From Lytechinus pictus (Eukaryota), in contig NC_087245.1 in NCBI RefSeq assembly GCF_037042905.1, positions 28,334,001 to 28,398,000 of the forward strand: a stretch of DNA of 64,000 bases, in the 5' to 3' direction. Shown piece by piece: positions 1-12,900 of the stretch. Position 1 is the stretch's first letter. The number at the start of each line of letters is the position of its first letter. Made by a program: the position numbers and the translations under genes. The notes under the pieces are model-generated. The model searched no databases. It was given only the letters and a program-made list of their open reading frames with translations, and had not been told where the DNA came from.

Positions 1-42
1 TTACACACACACACACACACACACACACCCTCCCGCACACAC
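1..42. repeat. (CA)n microsatellite. Other STRs: GAA-rich 5690-5900, (GAT)n 10900-11010, (CT)n 19410-19500, (TA)n 24201-24234
   Basis: Direct reading. Confidence 0.9.
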
Positions 43-699
43 ACAACGAAACAGAGAATAGCCGATGATTTGGCTTGACTTAATTGTAAAGCACAGAATC
101 TCCTCTTTCATGGAATTCACATGATTCACACATGAGTGAATAAAAACAAATTGAAGAAAGGATAACTTGTCTAAATGGTTCAATAATCCTCAATCTCATA
201 CCCCCATCAAAGAAAATAATCGAGAAATAATAAATTTTTAGATTCCAATGATCTATAAAATGAAGACTTTTTTTACAGGCAAGTCCTCACCTTTACTCAA
301 CTCTTGGGGGTTTTGGTGTTTTTTTGACGATCCGCCATGAATACAATCTTTTATTAACGATGCGATAGCTACGGTAAGCAAACTGTAAAATAAACTCATG
401 GATATGCGATTTTATTATTTGAAATTCCGATATTTTGCTAGGATCATTTCTTCAAAATTTCTTCTTACTCACTCATGCGTGAGAAAGAAACATTTCATTT
501 ACACCTAGTGAAAAAAAGTTAAGATTCTGAGCTGGTAGTTCATTTTTTTATCTTACTTGTGATTCAGATATGATACATCACTGATAATTCTCCGTTTCTT
601 TTTTCTTCCTGGCACGCACTCTATATTGTTATCCTTTATTCACTTAAATTCGCAAGAATAAAAAAAAAATTGTAATGGAGACGTTTAATTCGACTATAC

Positions 700-954
700 C
701 TGTAACTGTGACGTCAAACTGACAGGTGCCCCTATTTCCCGATCCGTCCAAGGCTATGTAGGTGATTGTGTTGGTTATTCCACGTCTGAAGAAACGTTGA
801 GGGGTCGTAGGTCTATCTTCCACAGTGGGAGTTTCGCCTGAGTTGTCCGTAAGATTGACAGGAACATTCCAGCTTACAATGGCGGAATTGGTACCTGGGT
901 CGGCTTCTTGTATGATATCGGAAGGACACGGACTCCACACCGGTCCTTCCGTGT
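700..954 (-). CDS. HYR gene exon, module 9
   Basis: DTEGPVWSPCPSDI...VSWNVP...TDNSG...ITYIALDGSGNRGTCQFDVTVT; phase 1-1. Confidence 0.9.
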
Positions 955-3900
955 CTACAACAACGTAAAATCACAACTTTATAAATACTTTAGTAAGCCC
1001 AGTGATAATCAACATTGCACTGCTAAACCTCCGGTGTTGATTTAACACCAGCCTGGAATCTACATGTATATATGTCCACACCAGAGAAGTGTTAAACAAC
1101 ACTAGTTTCGTTTTGGTCTAACACCAGTTAGGTGTTTATACAACACCAATTAGTATCAAAACAGCATCGGTTTGATTCCAAACTGGTGTTATTTCAATAC
1201 TTCTCTGGTGTGGACATATAGATTCCGGGCTGGTGTTAAATCAACACCGAAGTTTTTTTCAGTGTGGAACTTTGCTATGAACACAGAATTTTTACATTTT
1301 AATCACCAAGTTGTTTGTTTCCAATGACGTTGCTTGGGAGATTTGATTGGCCAGGTGTGTAAGACTTACATTTTGCCCTCAAAATAATTAATGGTGCCAA
1401 CATGTATATTTCGTTTTGTTACACCAGGGTAGTCCCTTCAGTCAGTGAAGTACTGTTTTACATTGGGGCCTGCATATAGAAATTCAAACATTTGCATGAA
1501 CATCTTCTCGTCTGCCGATAATTTCAGAATATATGGCTTAAGTTCGACCATAAACGGTACAAATCACATTTCAAGCGTTCTCCAACCTCAAGGGTTTGTG
1601 ACTTGAGGAGATAAAGTATAAAATCAGACAATCAACACACAGAAAATTCCATAAGAATGGATATGGACGAGTATTGACAAAGCTATGGTATTTTAAAGTT
1701 TTGCATTATTATCGTGAATCAGTTCTTTAGTATGCTATCATGCAATGAGCGAGAGATATCCCACCCAACATATTCTTTTGTAGCTTGTTATATGTAATTT
1801 TTAAAGTTTTTTCTTCCAAAAATGTAAAAATATGATTTACTACGTTGAATTATTATTACTTTGTGAAATTATCAATGTTAAAGCTTGTTTTCTTACAAGA
1901 AAGAGATTTTTTACACACAAAAAGTCATGTATAAAAGTATGAAATAGTAGCTTCATGTTGTTAAAATCAGAAAAGGAAAAGTGGGGACATGATATCATTA
2001 GCCCACCTATTGCATATTCATGGCAGCATGCAACTAATGTTTTCACAAAATAATGACAATATTTGATATCAAATTACTTAACTATTTTACATCAGATTTT
2101 GATGAAATTTTCAGCGTTTTGCTCGTTGAATATTACTCTATTTGATTCAGTCTGGGGGTACCCTTTTAATAATAGCTTAAAGGTGACCGCACACCTTACG
2201 ATTGGTCTGCGACCCGATTTTGGAATAAAATGTAGAAGAATTTGATGCTAATATTGAGACTTGGAATATCCTACTGTATTATGTTCTAAATCATTGTGCA
2301 AATACCTATGTTCAAGTCTGTGACTATGCTATCATCCTTCTTAGAATAAACGCGAATTTAATATCTGGTCGTAATGACGTCATAGCAGTCGTACGATTGG
2401 CTACGATTTGAAACTAATTTGGCCTTTACTCCAAAATAAAATCTTGCAATCTTTCAAAATGGTTATATTAGTATTCTTTCAATTAATTTCAACCTCAAAT
2501 AAAATGATGTGTTTCATTCACATTTTCAGAAAATGAGCAAAATGCTATTTGTTCCAAAATCGGATCGCGAACAGTCGTAAGGTGTGCGGTGGCCTTAACA
2601 GGGGCCTACCGTTGGCCTGTAGTTGGAAAGTGCATGATTTGGTGTTATTTCGTAAGTCTCTGACTGTGTAGTTAACCATGATCGGTGAGTTAAGTTCAAC
2701 TCGAAGCGGGCTTTCATGCGAGTGGATAGCCTGAATGGAAAAGGACAAGAAAGTGATATGATTTTAGAACTAAAAAAAAAATCGATTGAATAATTCACTC
2801 CTGTATAATTTGAATAAACCTACAAATTATACAAATTCATCAGAAAAAAAATCCCGCGAAAAGTCTTTGCCATCAATGAATTCTGCTCCACATTAGTACT
2901 TATTTTTCAGGTCCCTAGTCAACACTACATTGCTTTAGGAATATAGGCCTATATAATTATGCAAGATGTCAATTTCATTAGAGTGAAAAATATACCTACT
3001 TATTGGTCGTAGCTAATATAGCAAATGGCAATTTACTTTATTTTATCACACACAGTTTAACGTTCATATTTCAATTGCTTCACAAATCTATTTTGTCCAA
3101 AGGAAGTTTTATCAAATCCTCAGATTCTTTCTAATCAAAATCAGAGGGCCATTTCATAAAGCTGTTCGTACGTTAAGAGTGACTTTAAGAACGACTGGTG
3201 ATCCTTTCTTGTGTTAAATGATATACACTAAAATATTCATTGACTGTGGTTTAGTGCGTAAGAAAGGATCACCAGTCGTTCTTAAAGTCGCTCTTAACTT
3301 TTGAATATCTTTATGAAAAACCCCAGGGGGCCGTTTCATAAAGCTGTTCGTGAGTTAAGAGCGACTTTAAGAACGACTGGTGAACCTTTCTTATATACGT
3401 CACCATCTTCAATGAATATGCCACCCCCCCCCCACGCATTCTCCACAAGAAAGGACCACCTATCGTTCTTTAAGTCGCTCTTAACTTAGGGACAGAGACC
3501 AGCCCAGTTATGATTGTATAGTCTGGATACTTAAAGGACAAGTCCACCCCAGTAAAATATTGATTTGAATAAATAGAGAAAAATCAAACTAGCATAACAC
3601 TGAAAATTTCATCAAAATCGGATGTAAAATAAGAAAGTAATGGCATTTTAAAGTTTCGCTTATTTTTCACAAAACAGTGATATGCACAACTCAGTGACAT
3701 GCAAGTGAGTCAGTCGATGATGTCCATCACCATTTCTTTTATTTTTTATTGTTTGAATTATAGAATATTTCATTTTTTAGAGATTTGGCCATAGGGACCA
3801 ACTTGACTGAATCATATATTATTAAACAATGCTAATTCCACAGGGAGGAATTGATCACCGTTTCACTTGACATTGAGGAGAAAATTAGAATATTTCATAT

Positions 3901-6900
3901 AACAAAATACAAAAGAAATAGTGAGTAGGTGACGCCGACAATCTCCTCATTTGCATACAAACCAGGATGTGCATATAACTGTTTTGTGAAATTAGGCCTA
4001 AGCGAAACTTTAAAATGTCATAACTTTCTTATTTTACATCCGATTTTGATGAAATTTTCAATGTTATGCTTGTTGGATCTTTCTCTTTTTATTCAAATCA
4101 ATATTTTGTTGGGGTGGACTTGTCCTTAAAAAGAAGAGGAAAGTAATGGGAATGGTGACTGAGATAGGGGGTATGACATGCAATAATACTCCCCCTTATA
4201 TACAAAATATCGTTCTTGAATTATCTACCGTCACTGGTGTGTCGTCTGTCACTGTTATCTCATCCAGCCAGTAGATGTCAGCATAAGATTGTCCAGACAC
4301 GGTACTATTAATGATCATTTCAGATGGACATGACAAGACCGGAGCCGGGTCAACTGGAGTGTGGAAATAAGAAAGGAAAGAGAGAAATGTTGAGTGATTA
4401 TTTTCTTATGTTGATAATTTCTAGGGTGCAATAGGATATGGCGAATAGCCAGGGCCGGTCCACTCAACTCCCCCCTCAAAAACAAAACAAAACACTGCCA
4501 ACCCGTAGATTAAAAAACAAGAACAGTTACTCAAATAAAAATTGTCACAAATTTTTGTGAACATGTTTAGACATTGCCGAAAATTTTACTAATATCATTT
4601 TCCGTTTTAAACAGAGGTTTGATCTGTAAAAGGTCCAGGTCTGAATTATGTTAATAGCTCCAATGCTTTACCATCTACTTAAGATTTCAATCCATTCAGA
4701 CAAGGGGACCAGTAATGGTCAAATATAAAAATCCATATACGACAAACAAATAAAATGCATGATCAATAATGCATTACATGTCCAATGTCAATGCCAATGC
4801 CATCAATGGATCACTAGTACCGTGTTTACACTTAATCGGCATTTGAATCGGCTTTTTCATAGCGTGTAAACGCGAGCAACTTGAATCGGCTCGCGGTTCA
4901 GAACCGGTAATTTGCACCACCAAAGTAGTAGGTTCTGAACCGCGAGCCGATGCAGAATCATTGACCCTAAACCTCAGACCTCTGACCGTGCAGGATGTTC
5001 AGTAATGCTTCATTAACCTTATGGTCAAGTTTCATGACTTAACCTTTGGTTAAGATTGGTTTTGACGCCACCACCGCCGGCATCCATCTTTGAGTGCCAA
5101 AAATGTGCATTTCCCGACCCTTGGTCGTATGAAACTCTTATCACTCGTAACAAAATCTTGATAACTCGTTCATAGCTCGCTTTAAGTCGTGTAAAGGTCA
5201 CTGCAACTCATACTAAGCTCGATCTGACTCATTTCGCGCTCGGTTCACTCGTACAGCGAGCGTAGTGAACTCGATGTTGAGTCTTGTCACATTATACCGT
5301 GTTTACACTTAATCGGCATTTGAATCGGCTCGCGGTTCTGAACCGGCAATTTACACCACCAAAGTATAGTAGGTTCTGAACCGCGAGCCGATGCAGAATC
5401 GGCTTTTTTACTACGTGTAAACAGAAAGCCGATTCTGCACCGGCAATTTGTGCGCATTTCAATTACTTTACCATTGTGACGTAATTGTAAGCGCACTGAT
5501 CCAGCGTTGTCTTTATATTATGACGTATATTGTTGGTATGCGTATCATTTCAGGTTTTTGCATCAGCTCGCGGTTCTGAACCGCGAGCTGTAACAACGTG
5601 TAAACGCAATCCAAATGCCGATTCTGCATCGGCATTTGGTTCAGAACCAAATGCCGATTAAGTGTAAACATGGTATAGATGTGGGGGATAATTGAGGAAA
5701 GTTAAAAGGAGTTGAAGGAGAAGGGGTTGAACAAGACAGAGGGAGAGAAGTGAAGAAGAAGTAGGAGAAGCGGAAGAAGATGGGGATGAAAAGAAGAAAA
5801 ATGGGAATAAGAACAAGAAAGAGAAGAAGGGGGAGGAGAAGAAGAATAAGAAGAAAAAGAAGTAGAAAGTGAAGATGAAGAAGGGGATGAAAAAGGTTAT
5901 AAAAAAACAATAGGAAAACACTCAAAATAAAATAGCAAAGAGAGATAAAGTGAATCATTACCAATCACGCTAACTATGAAAATACAGGGCAGTCCAACAT
6001 TTCCAGCTTCATCTGTGACCTCAATGGTGACTGGGGTGGAGTTGTTGGCGCCAAAACTGTCCCCAGATTGATGACTGGGTACCATAGTGACCATACCGGA
6101 ATTGTCTGTGATGTAAGGGGGTTCCCACATGACTGGCAACGAATTCACTGTCTCTCCAACGAACACGTTGATGTCATCCGGACAGTCAACAACCGGTAGC
6201 TCGGTATCAACTACCAAATGCAACATACAAAAGAACGGTTACACTTCGTAATTCCGAAGCTTCGTAATTCCGAAGGTTCTTTATTCCGAAGGTTCGTAAT
6301 TCCGAAACACGTAAATTGCCTATACCTCGATGTTCGTTAATCCGAAAATGAAAAAGGGTTCGTTAATCCGAACATTTGTGGCGTTATTCCGACGGTTCGT
6401 TATTCCGAAGGTTCGATAATCCGAAAACGAAATAAGGTTCGTTGTTCCGAAGGTTCGATAATCCGAAAACGAAATAAGGTTCGTTGTTCCGAAGGTTCGT
6501 TAATCCGAAAACGAAATAAGGTTCGTTGTTCCGAAGGTTCGTTAATCCGAAAACGAAATAAGGTTCGTTAATCCGAAAACGAAATAAGGTTCGTTAATCC
6601 GAAAACAAAATAAGGTTCGTTAATCCGAAAAATGAAAACCGGCAAAGCAGAGGCAGAGGCAAGGGGGGGGGGGCGGGGGACACTGTTGCCGTTCAATTGT
6701 TATGAGGATGGGAAGGCAAGGGCGGCCGAACGAATTTTCGGGGGGTAAAGCCAAAAAATGAAACTCATAGGTCAGTGGGCACTTTGGTGATATAATCACC
6801 TTAAGATTATCATCTGCTTGAAGTCATTGTGTGTTTGATAGTGATTAAGTAGAGAAAAACTTTTTTGAAGTGACTTCTTATTATGGCAAAATGTATATTT

Positions 6901-9900
6901 AGGCTTTATTTTTCGGGAGAGAGTATAATTAGCGAGCGGCTTGGTAAAAAAGAATTTAAAGGTGAAGTTGTAAAACTCGTTTAGGGGTCAATCATTCTTA
7001 AAATGCCATTATTACGAGGTGTTGCGAGCGTAAATCACAAGCTTAAACTTAAGGGTATTTCAATAAAAAATGAAAATAAGTTTTTAAAAATCCGAGCAGA
7101 TTTCTGCTGTCATTAAAAAGATGTGCATCTAACTATAAAGAATTAACACGAGCGCAAAACGCGAGCTTAAACATACTGACCAGAAAAGGAACCTGTTAAA
7201 GAAAGCATTTTTTAGGATACATATTTCTCCAATCGAATAATTGAGAGTGCGAAGCGCAAGCTGAAAATTTGCAATATTCCAGCCTGAAAATGTAACTTGT
7301 ATACTTTAAAAAGAGTATTTTATTTCGAAAAACATGAGAAAACAGCATATTTATTTTTGAAAAAGAAACTTTCCCATTTTGGAAAAATATGCATTTCCCT
7401 GTTTTTTATTTCATTTTTGGGGTGCAAGTGCCCCCTGCCTCCCTCCCAGCGGATCCAACTTTTGTCAAATAGGGGGGGGGGGGCAAAAAAAAATTTCAGC
7501 CATATTTTCCTCGATCGGCAGCTTAAAGTTGATTTTTGTTTGTTTCTTTGAAAGGGTAGTCCTAACAGTCAATAATTAGCTTTATACTTATAAAATAAAG
7601 TAAATATGTAATAACATGAAAAACCCTTTTTAAATATTGCGAGCGCGAGCTATATATTTTTTTAATATGATGGGCAATATGTTTGTGATCTTCAAAACGA
7701 GATGCCTATGTAACTAGATAATAACTGCTAGCAAGAAGCGCGAACAGAAATTTAAAATATAAGCTCTGACCTGATCTAAAGGGGACATTTTAAGAACTTT
7801 TTGCAGTTAGCCATGAAGACGATGCGTGTTTTTAAACCAGTGGCGGCGGAACGTATTTTCCTTTTTTTTGGGGGGGGGGGGGCATAGCCAAAAAAGGGGC
7901 CAATAGAGGCATTTTGGTGCAAACGGATATTTTCGCCATAAGATTATCATCTGTGTAAAGAGGTTGTGTGTTTTGTAATAATTAAGTTGAGCAAAATTTT
8001 TTAAGTGATCTCTGATTGATAAGTTATATATTTACGTTTCATTTCTGCGAGCGTAGCGAGCAAGCTTTTTTGGGGAAAAATCAATTCTGAAGATGTAAAA
8101 TTCACCTTTTTGGTCAATTACTGTTAAAAGGGCATCCTTGTGAGATGTTGCGAGCGGATCACGTGCTCAAACTTTTGGAAATTTCATGTAGGCCTAAAAT
8201 GATAATAATGATATGGATATCCAGGGAAGCCACTTCAGTTCTGAAAACTGTTCTCCCATCTATTATTATTATCCCGGCTTTAGCTGGGCTGCCTAGGCGC
8301 CCAAAGGAAGACATTAACGAATTTCTACCGGGTACCCATTCACCTCACCTGGGTTGAGTGCAGCACAGTGTGAATAATTTCTTGCTGAAGGAAATAATGC
8401 CATGACTTGGATTCGAACCTACGACCCTCTGCCTTAAAGTCAGAAGACTTATCCACTGGGCCAAAACGCCCCACATAAAAAGTAAACGTTCCGATTTTAT
8501 TTCGTAAACATGAAAAAAGGATGTGAATTTAACTAAAGAATCAAACGCGAGCGCGAAGCGCGAGCTGAAATTTGTCATATACTGACCAGGAGAGGAACCT
8601 TTTGCATTTGGTGACTCATGAATGGGATATGTGCTAGGCCTACATATCTCACCAATCGATTAATGCAAGCGCGAAGCTCGAGCTGAAAATTTGTGATATT
8701 CTATCCAGGAAACTGGACATTCTAGGAATTGTATTTCACCAGGATCAGAATGACTACCTTAATGAGCAATAATTAGTGCGAGCGCAAAACGCGAACCAAA
8801 AATGTGTGATATTCCAACCTTAAAAGTGGACATTCTATGCATGTTTTGATACCAAGAACTGGACGAATCCCTTATACCAAATAAAAAACTGATGAGGAGC
8901 GAGCTTATTTATTATTTTTTTTTGTTGAAATTTCATGATGGCCAATTTCTAGTCAATTTAAACAGATTATTGTGCTCACGATTTGATTTTTGTAGCTTTC
9001 AGCGAGATACGCGATTACGCATTCTTTTCATGATTACAAAAGTACTGAATATGGAAAAAATGTTTAGCTTGCGCTACGAGCTCCCATTATTTGATTAGAG
9101 AGATGTATATCCCATTCCTGAACTCCAAGTAATAATCTTTGAAATATCCACTTTTCTTGTCAGTCGGCCACTCTGCCTATATATATATATATTCAAATAT
9201 TTAGAACGCCTTGCATTCGCATTAATTGTTTTGTTTAGATGCTCACCCTATTCATGATTACAAAAGGAGTTTAAGTTACTAGAGCTAAATCGCCCATGCT
9301 CCAAAATCTTGCTCGCTTCACTCAGGGATGGCGGAACCGGGGACAGGGGGGGGGGTGGATACTTGCCCCAAAAAAATCCCGTCGGAAAAAAAGTGACATT
9401 TTTCAAAATGGAATACCCTTTTGGGCTCGCGCTTATTAGCACTTGCATCAATTATTTTTTTTTACAAGAATGCTTAGAATGTCCAGTTTTCAGGTTGGAA
9501 AATCTGAAAAATTTGGCTCACGTTTCTCGCTCGCATCAGGTATTGTTTATTGAGGAACTCATTCTATTCCTGGTTACAAAAAAATGTATAAAATGTCCAG
9601 TTTTCAGGTTGGAATATCATATTAAATATCACATATCATTATTAAAAATGACATCCCCTCCAATACAAATCCTATTATCTGGAGGTTACTCGCACGCGAC
9701 CAACAAACTTAATTCCCTGCATGGCTGCATCCTTAAACCATTTGCTTAAGGCAGCAATTGCTGAAATTAGCCTATGCTTGATCCGGGCGCCTATTCTTAA
9801 TGAAATACATGCTTTTGGCCACAACACACGCATGTATCATCGATCGTTATTACTATCATTGCATAATATCGTGTTATCTTGTAATGACAACACCGTGTTT

Positions 9901-12900
9901 GTTACCAAAATGAATAATTTTCATTTTCGGAAATACGAACCTTATTTAATTTTCGGATTAACGAACCTTATTTCGTTTTCGGATTAACGAACCTTCGGAA
10001 TTACGAACCTTATTTCGTTTTCGGATTAACGAACCTTCGGAATTACGAACCTTATTTCGTTTTCGGATTGACGAACCTTCGGAATTACGAACCTTATTTC
10101 GTTTTCGGATTAACGAACCTTCGGAATTACGAACCTTATTTCGTTTTCGGATTGACGAACCTTCGGAATTACGAACCTTATTTCGTTTTCGGATTAACGA
10201 ACCTTCGGAATTACGAACCTTCGGAAATACGAACCTTCGGAATTACCGAACCTTCGGAATTACGAAGCTTCGGAATTACGAATGTATGCGCAAAAGAACA
10301 ATGATAAGTAACTGTAAAACAACACAATAATCACTTGTATAAGTCTACCCGTGTTAAGAAGAGAAAAATAGATGATGCAAGTTGATGCATATTCCGTCTG
10401 GTATCAGGATATCCTAAACCCTAAAAGAAAAAGCGGTTTAAAAGTGTTCTAATAATATTACTAGCGGGGAAATGTTTGGAAAAAAACGCAAACTAATACT
10501 CTAGAATACGAAATTAAAGCTCTCCTCGTCAAAATGATGGTGAAGGAAAGGTCATCCACTTTCTATTTACGTCTATATTATATTACTGTACTAAACTAAG
10601 TATAGTTGTGCTTGAATTGAAACTTTAGATCAATTAGGAGCGTGAAATAACTTACTTATTTCCGTTTTGGTAAACTCTGCCAATAACTGGCATTACACTG
10701 CTCAACAGCCAAATAAACTTGAGTTTCCAGTAATAACAAAGTAACCACAGGTTTACTTAACATTTAATGCAATGGGCTAAGGATTCTTTTTTTTTCAGCT
10801 GTAAATAAAAAATTATTTTCATTATTATTCTTGGACGATAGATGTTGATTGGGAGATGATAAGTATATCAGTTTGAGAAATTGATTATATTACTGTTATT
10901 ATTATCATGATGGCGATGATGATGCTGGACAAAATATGATGATGACGGTAATGATGATATTGATGATGATGATGATGATGATGGTGGTGGTGATGATAAC
11001 GGTGATGGTAACAAAAGGCAATAAAATGATTAAAAAAACCTACTTATAATTGTGATATAAAATTCGCAGGTATCTTGTCTGTTGACCAGATCGGTTGCAG
11101 TATAAGTGACCCGTGTCACACCCTCATCAAACATGGACCTTGGCCAGTGGGAGGAGTTAAAGTTTACCACCTCGAAGTTATCCGTTGCGTTTGGACTGGT
11201 CCAGTCGACGACCACAGGGGATTCTCCCTCCCTCACCCATCGCGTCCTATTGGCTGGGCAACCCGAAATCACTGGATTCTCGTTGTCTTCCGTCACTGAG
11301 AGAGATCAGAAATAATAACCTTTTTAACCTTTTAAAAAATCTATTTTATCTCTTTTGTATAGTATATGTATTGTGATTATGTATTTTGATGCGTATCGTT
11401 CGAAAACGCTGTGTTCAGTATATTATTGGGCCTCAGATTGTAGAAAATAGTTTTTTTGGAATGTTCTTTTCAGAAACTTGCAATAAACGACGAATAATGA
11501 ATTAATTAAAAACACATAGAAATAATTCTTTTCAAAAACGTCATGCAATTATCACAACTAAATCATGTTTCTGCTCTAATTAAATTTAACAAAATAAAGA
11601 GATACTTTCTCTCAATATTACGGAATAATGGCTAATAAAATGAAATCCAACTTACCTTGTGCAACTGGAAGATCAAAGCATACAAGACCTCTAAATGAAA
11701 TAGTACGAATATGGAAATAATGGGATTAAAAGTACACGCTTTATCAAATGTAAAAGAGTATATACCATTGACAATGACGTCAATTATGCAGTTGGTGTTC
11801 ATGTTGAAAGCTGAATCTGCAGCGACGTAAAGAACCTGCGTCGATCCCGCGGTGAACGTTGAACCCGAGGACTTCGTCTGCGTGATCACGATGTTTTTCC
11901 CATCAATGTTATCGGTGAACGTTGGTTCATCGTAAATGACTTGCAGCTCGGTCGTTCCAGGTGGAGCATCCCGAATGACAGTTGACGGGCATGTTACGCC
12001 ATCGTCAAGTCTCGGGGCCTCTGTGTCAGTTGCACCTTTACATTAATTAAAACAAGGAATGCAATGTTACAATGGTTACATTATGACTAGTGCTACAGAA
12101 GAGAAGAATGAAGTGAAGAAAAAAAAGTAAGAGTATTAATATATTATTATCCCTGTAATTCAGGCAAAAACCGATGCCACCTTCAGGTTGTTTTGACGAG
12201 ATAAGGCGACAAGTTGTTAAAACTTGGCAAGTTGACTTGTTTGATACATGAATGCAGGATGACTAGTTGTTAAAACTTTGCATACATCGAATTATTTCGG
12301 AGAAGATAAGATGACAAGTTGTTGGATATTGCTACTCGTCATCTCATCTTCTTGTCATAAACAAATCGTTCTGTCAAGTTTCAACAACTCGTCTTCTCGT
12401 CATTTAACCTGTTCTCTGCTCCTCTTCTTTATATCGTCATCTAGTTGGCACATGCTTCAGTATATGCATTCACGTGAAGAAGTTAGGGAATAGAAATACC
12501 ACCTATATTCATTAAAGACCGATTAAATATGAAAACGTGATAAATGAAATACTATTACCGACCCAGTAATAATCATTTCATTATCAATTATGAACCAATT
12601 AAAAATATGAATTGATCTTTACACAGGATTCGAAGGAAAGAATGAAATAAACTGCACGTTCCGATACTAGCTCTTCAGGCAACATTATCTTAATCTTACT
12701 TGTTATGGAGACAAGGAAGACACATTTGGAACTCAATCCATTCTCATCTCTGAATGTGTAGGTAACTTTGGTTGTTCCAAGGTCAAAGGTGGAGATCCTG
12801 CTGAAGTTACTAGATGGAGTCACCGTGCTTCCCGATGGGGATATAGCCGTGGGTTCCTGGGTCCACAGTTCAGTGACAGTCGTGCTGGTTACGCCAACGG

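Noticed and set aside
5641-5964. Hydrophobic Leu/Phe-rich ORFs (also 19378-19794)
   Set aside because: Translations of GA/CT-rich simple sequence
6245-6635. CRISPR-like regular repeats (also 9925-10290, including the 78-aa repeat ORF at 10068)
   Set aside because: No unique spacers and no cas genes; these are the inverted arms of a TSD-flanked eukaryotic transposon
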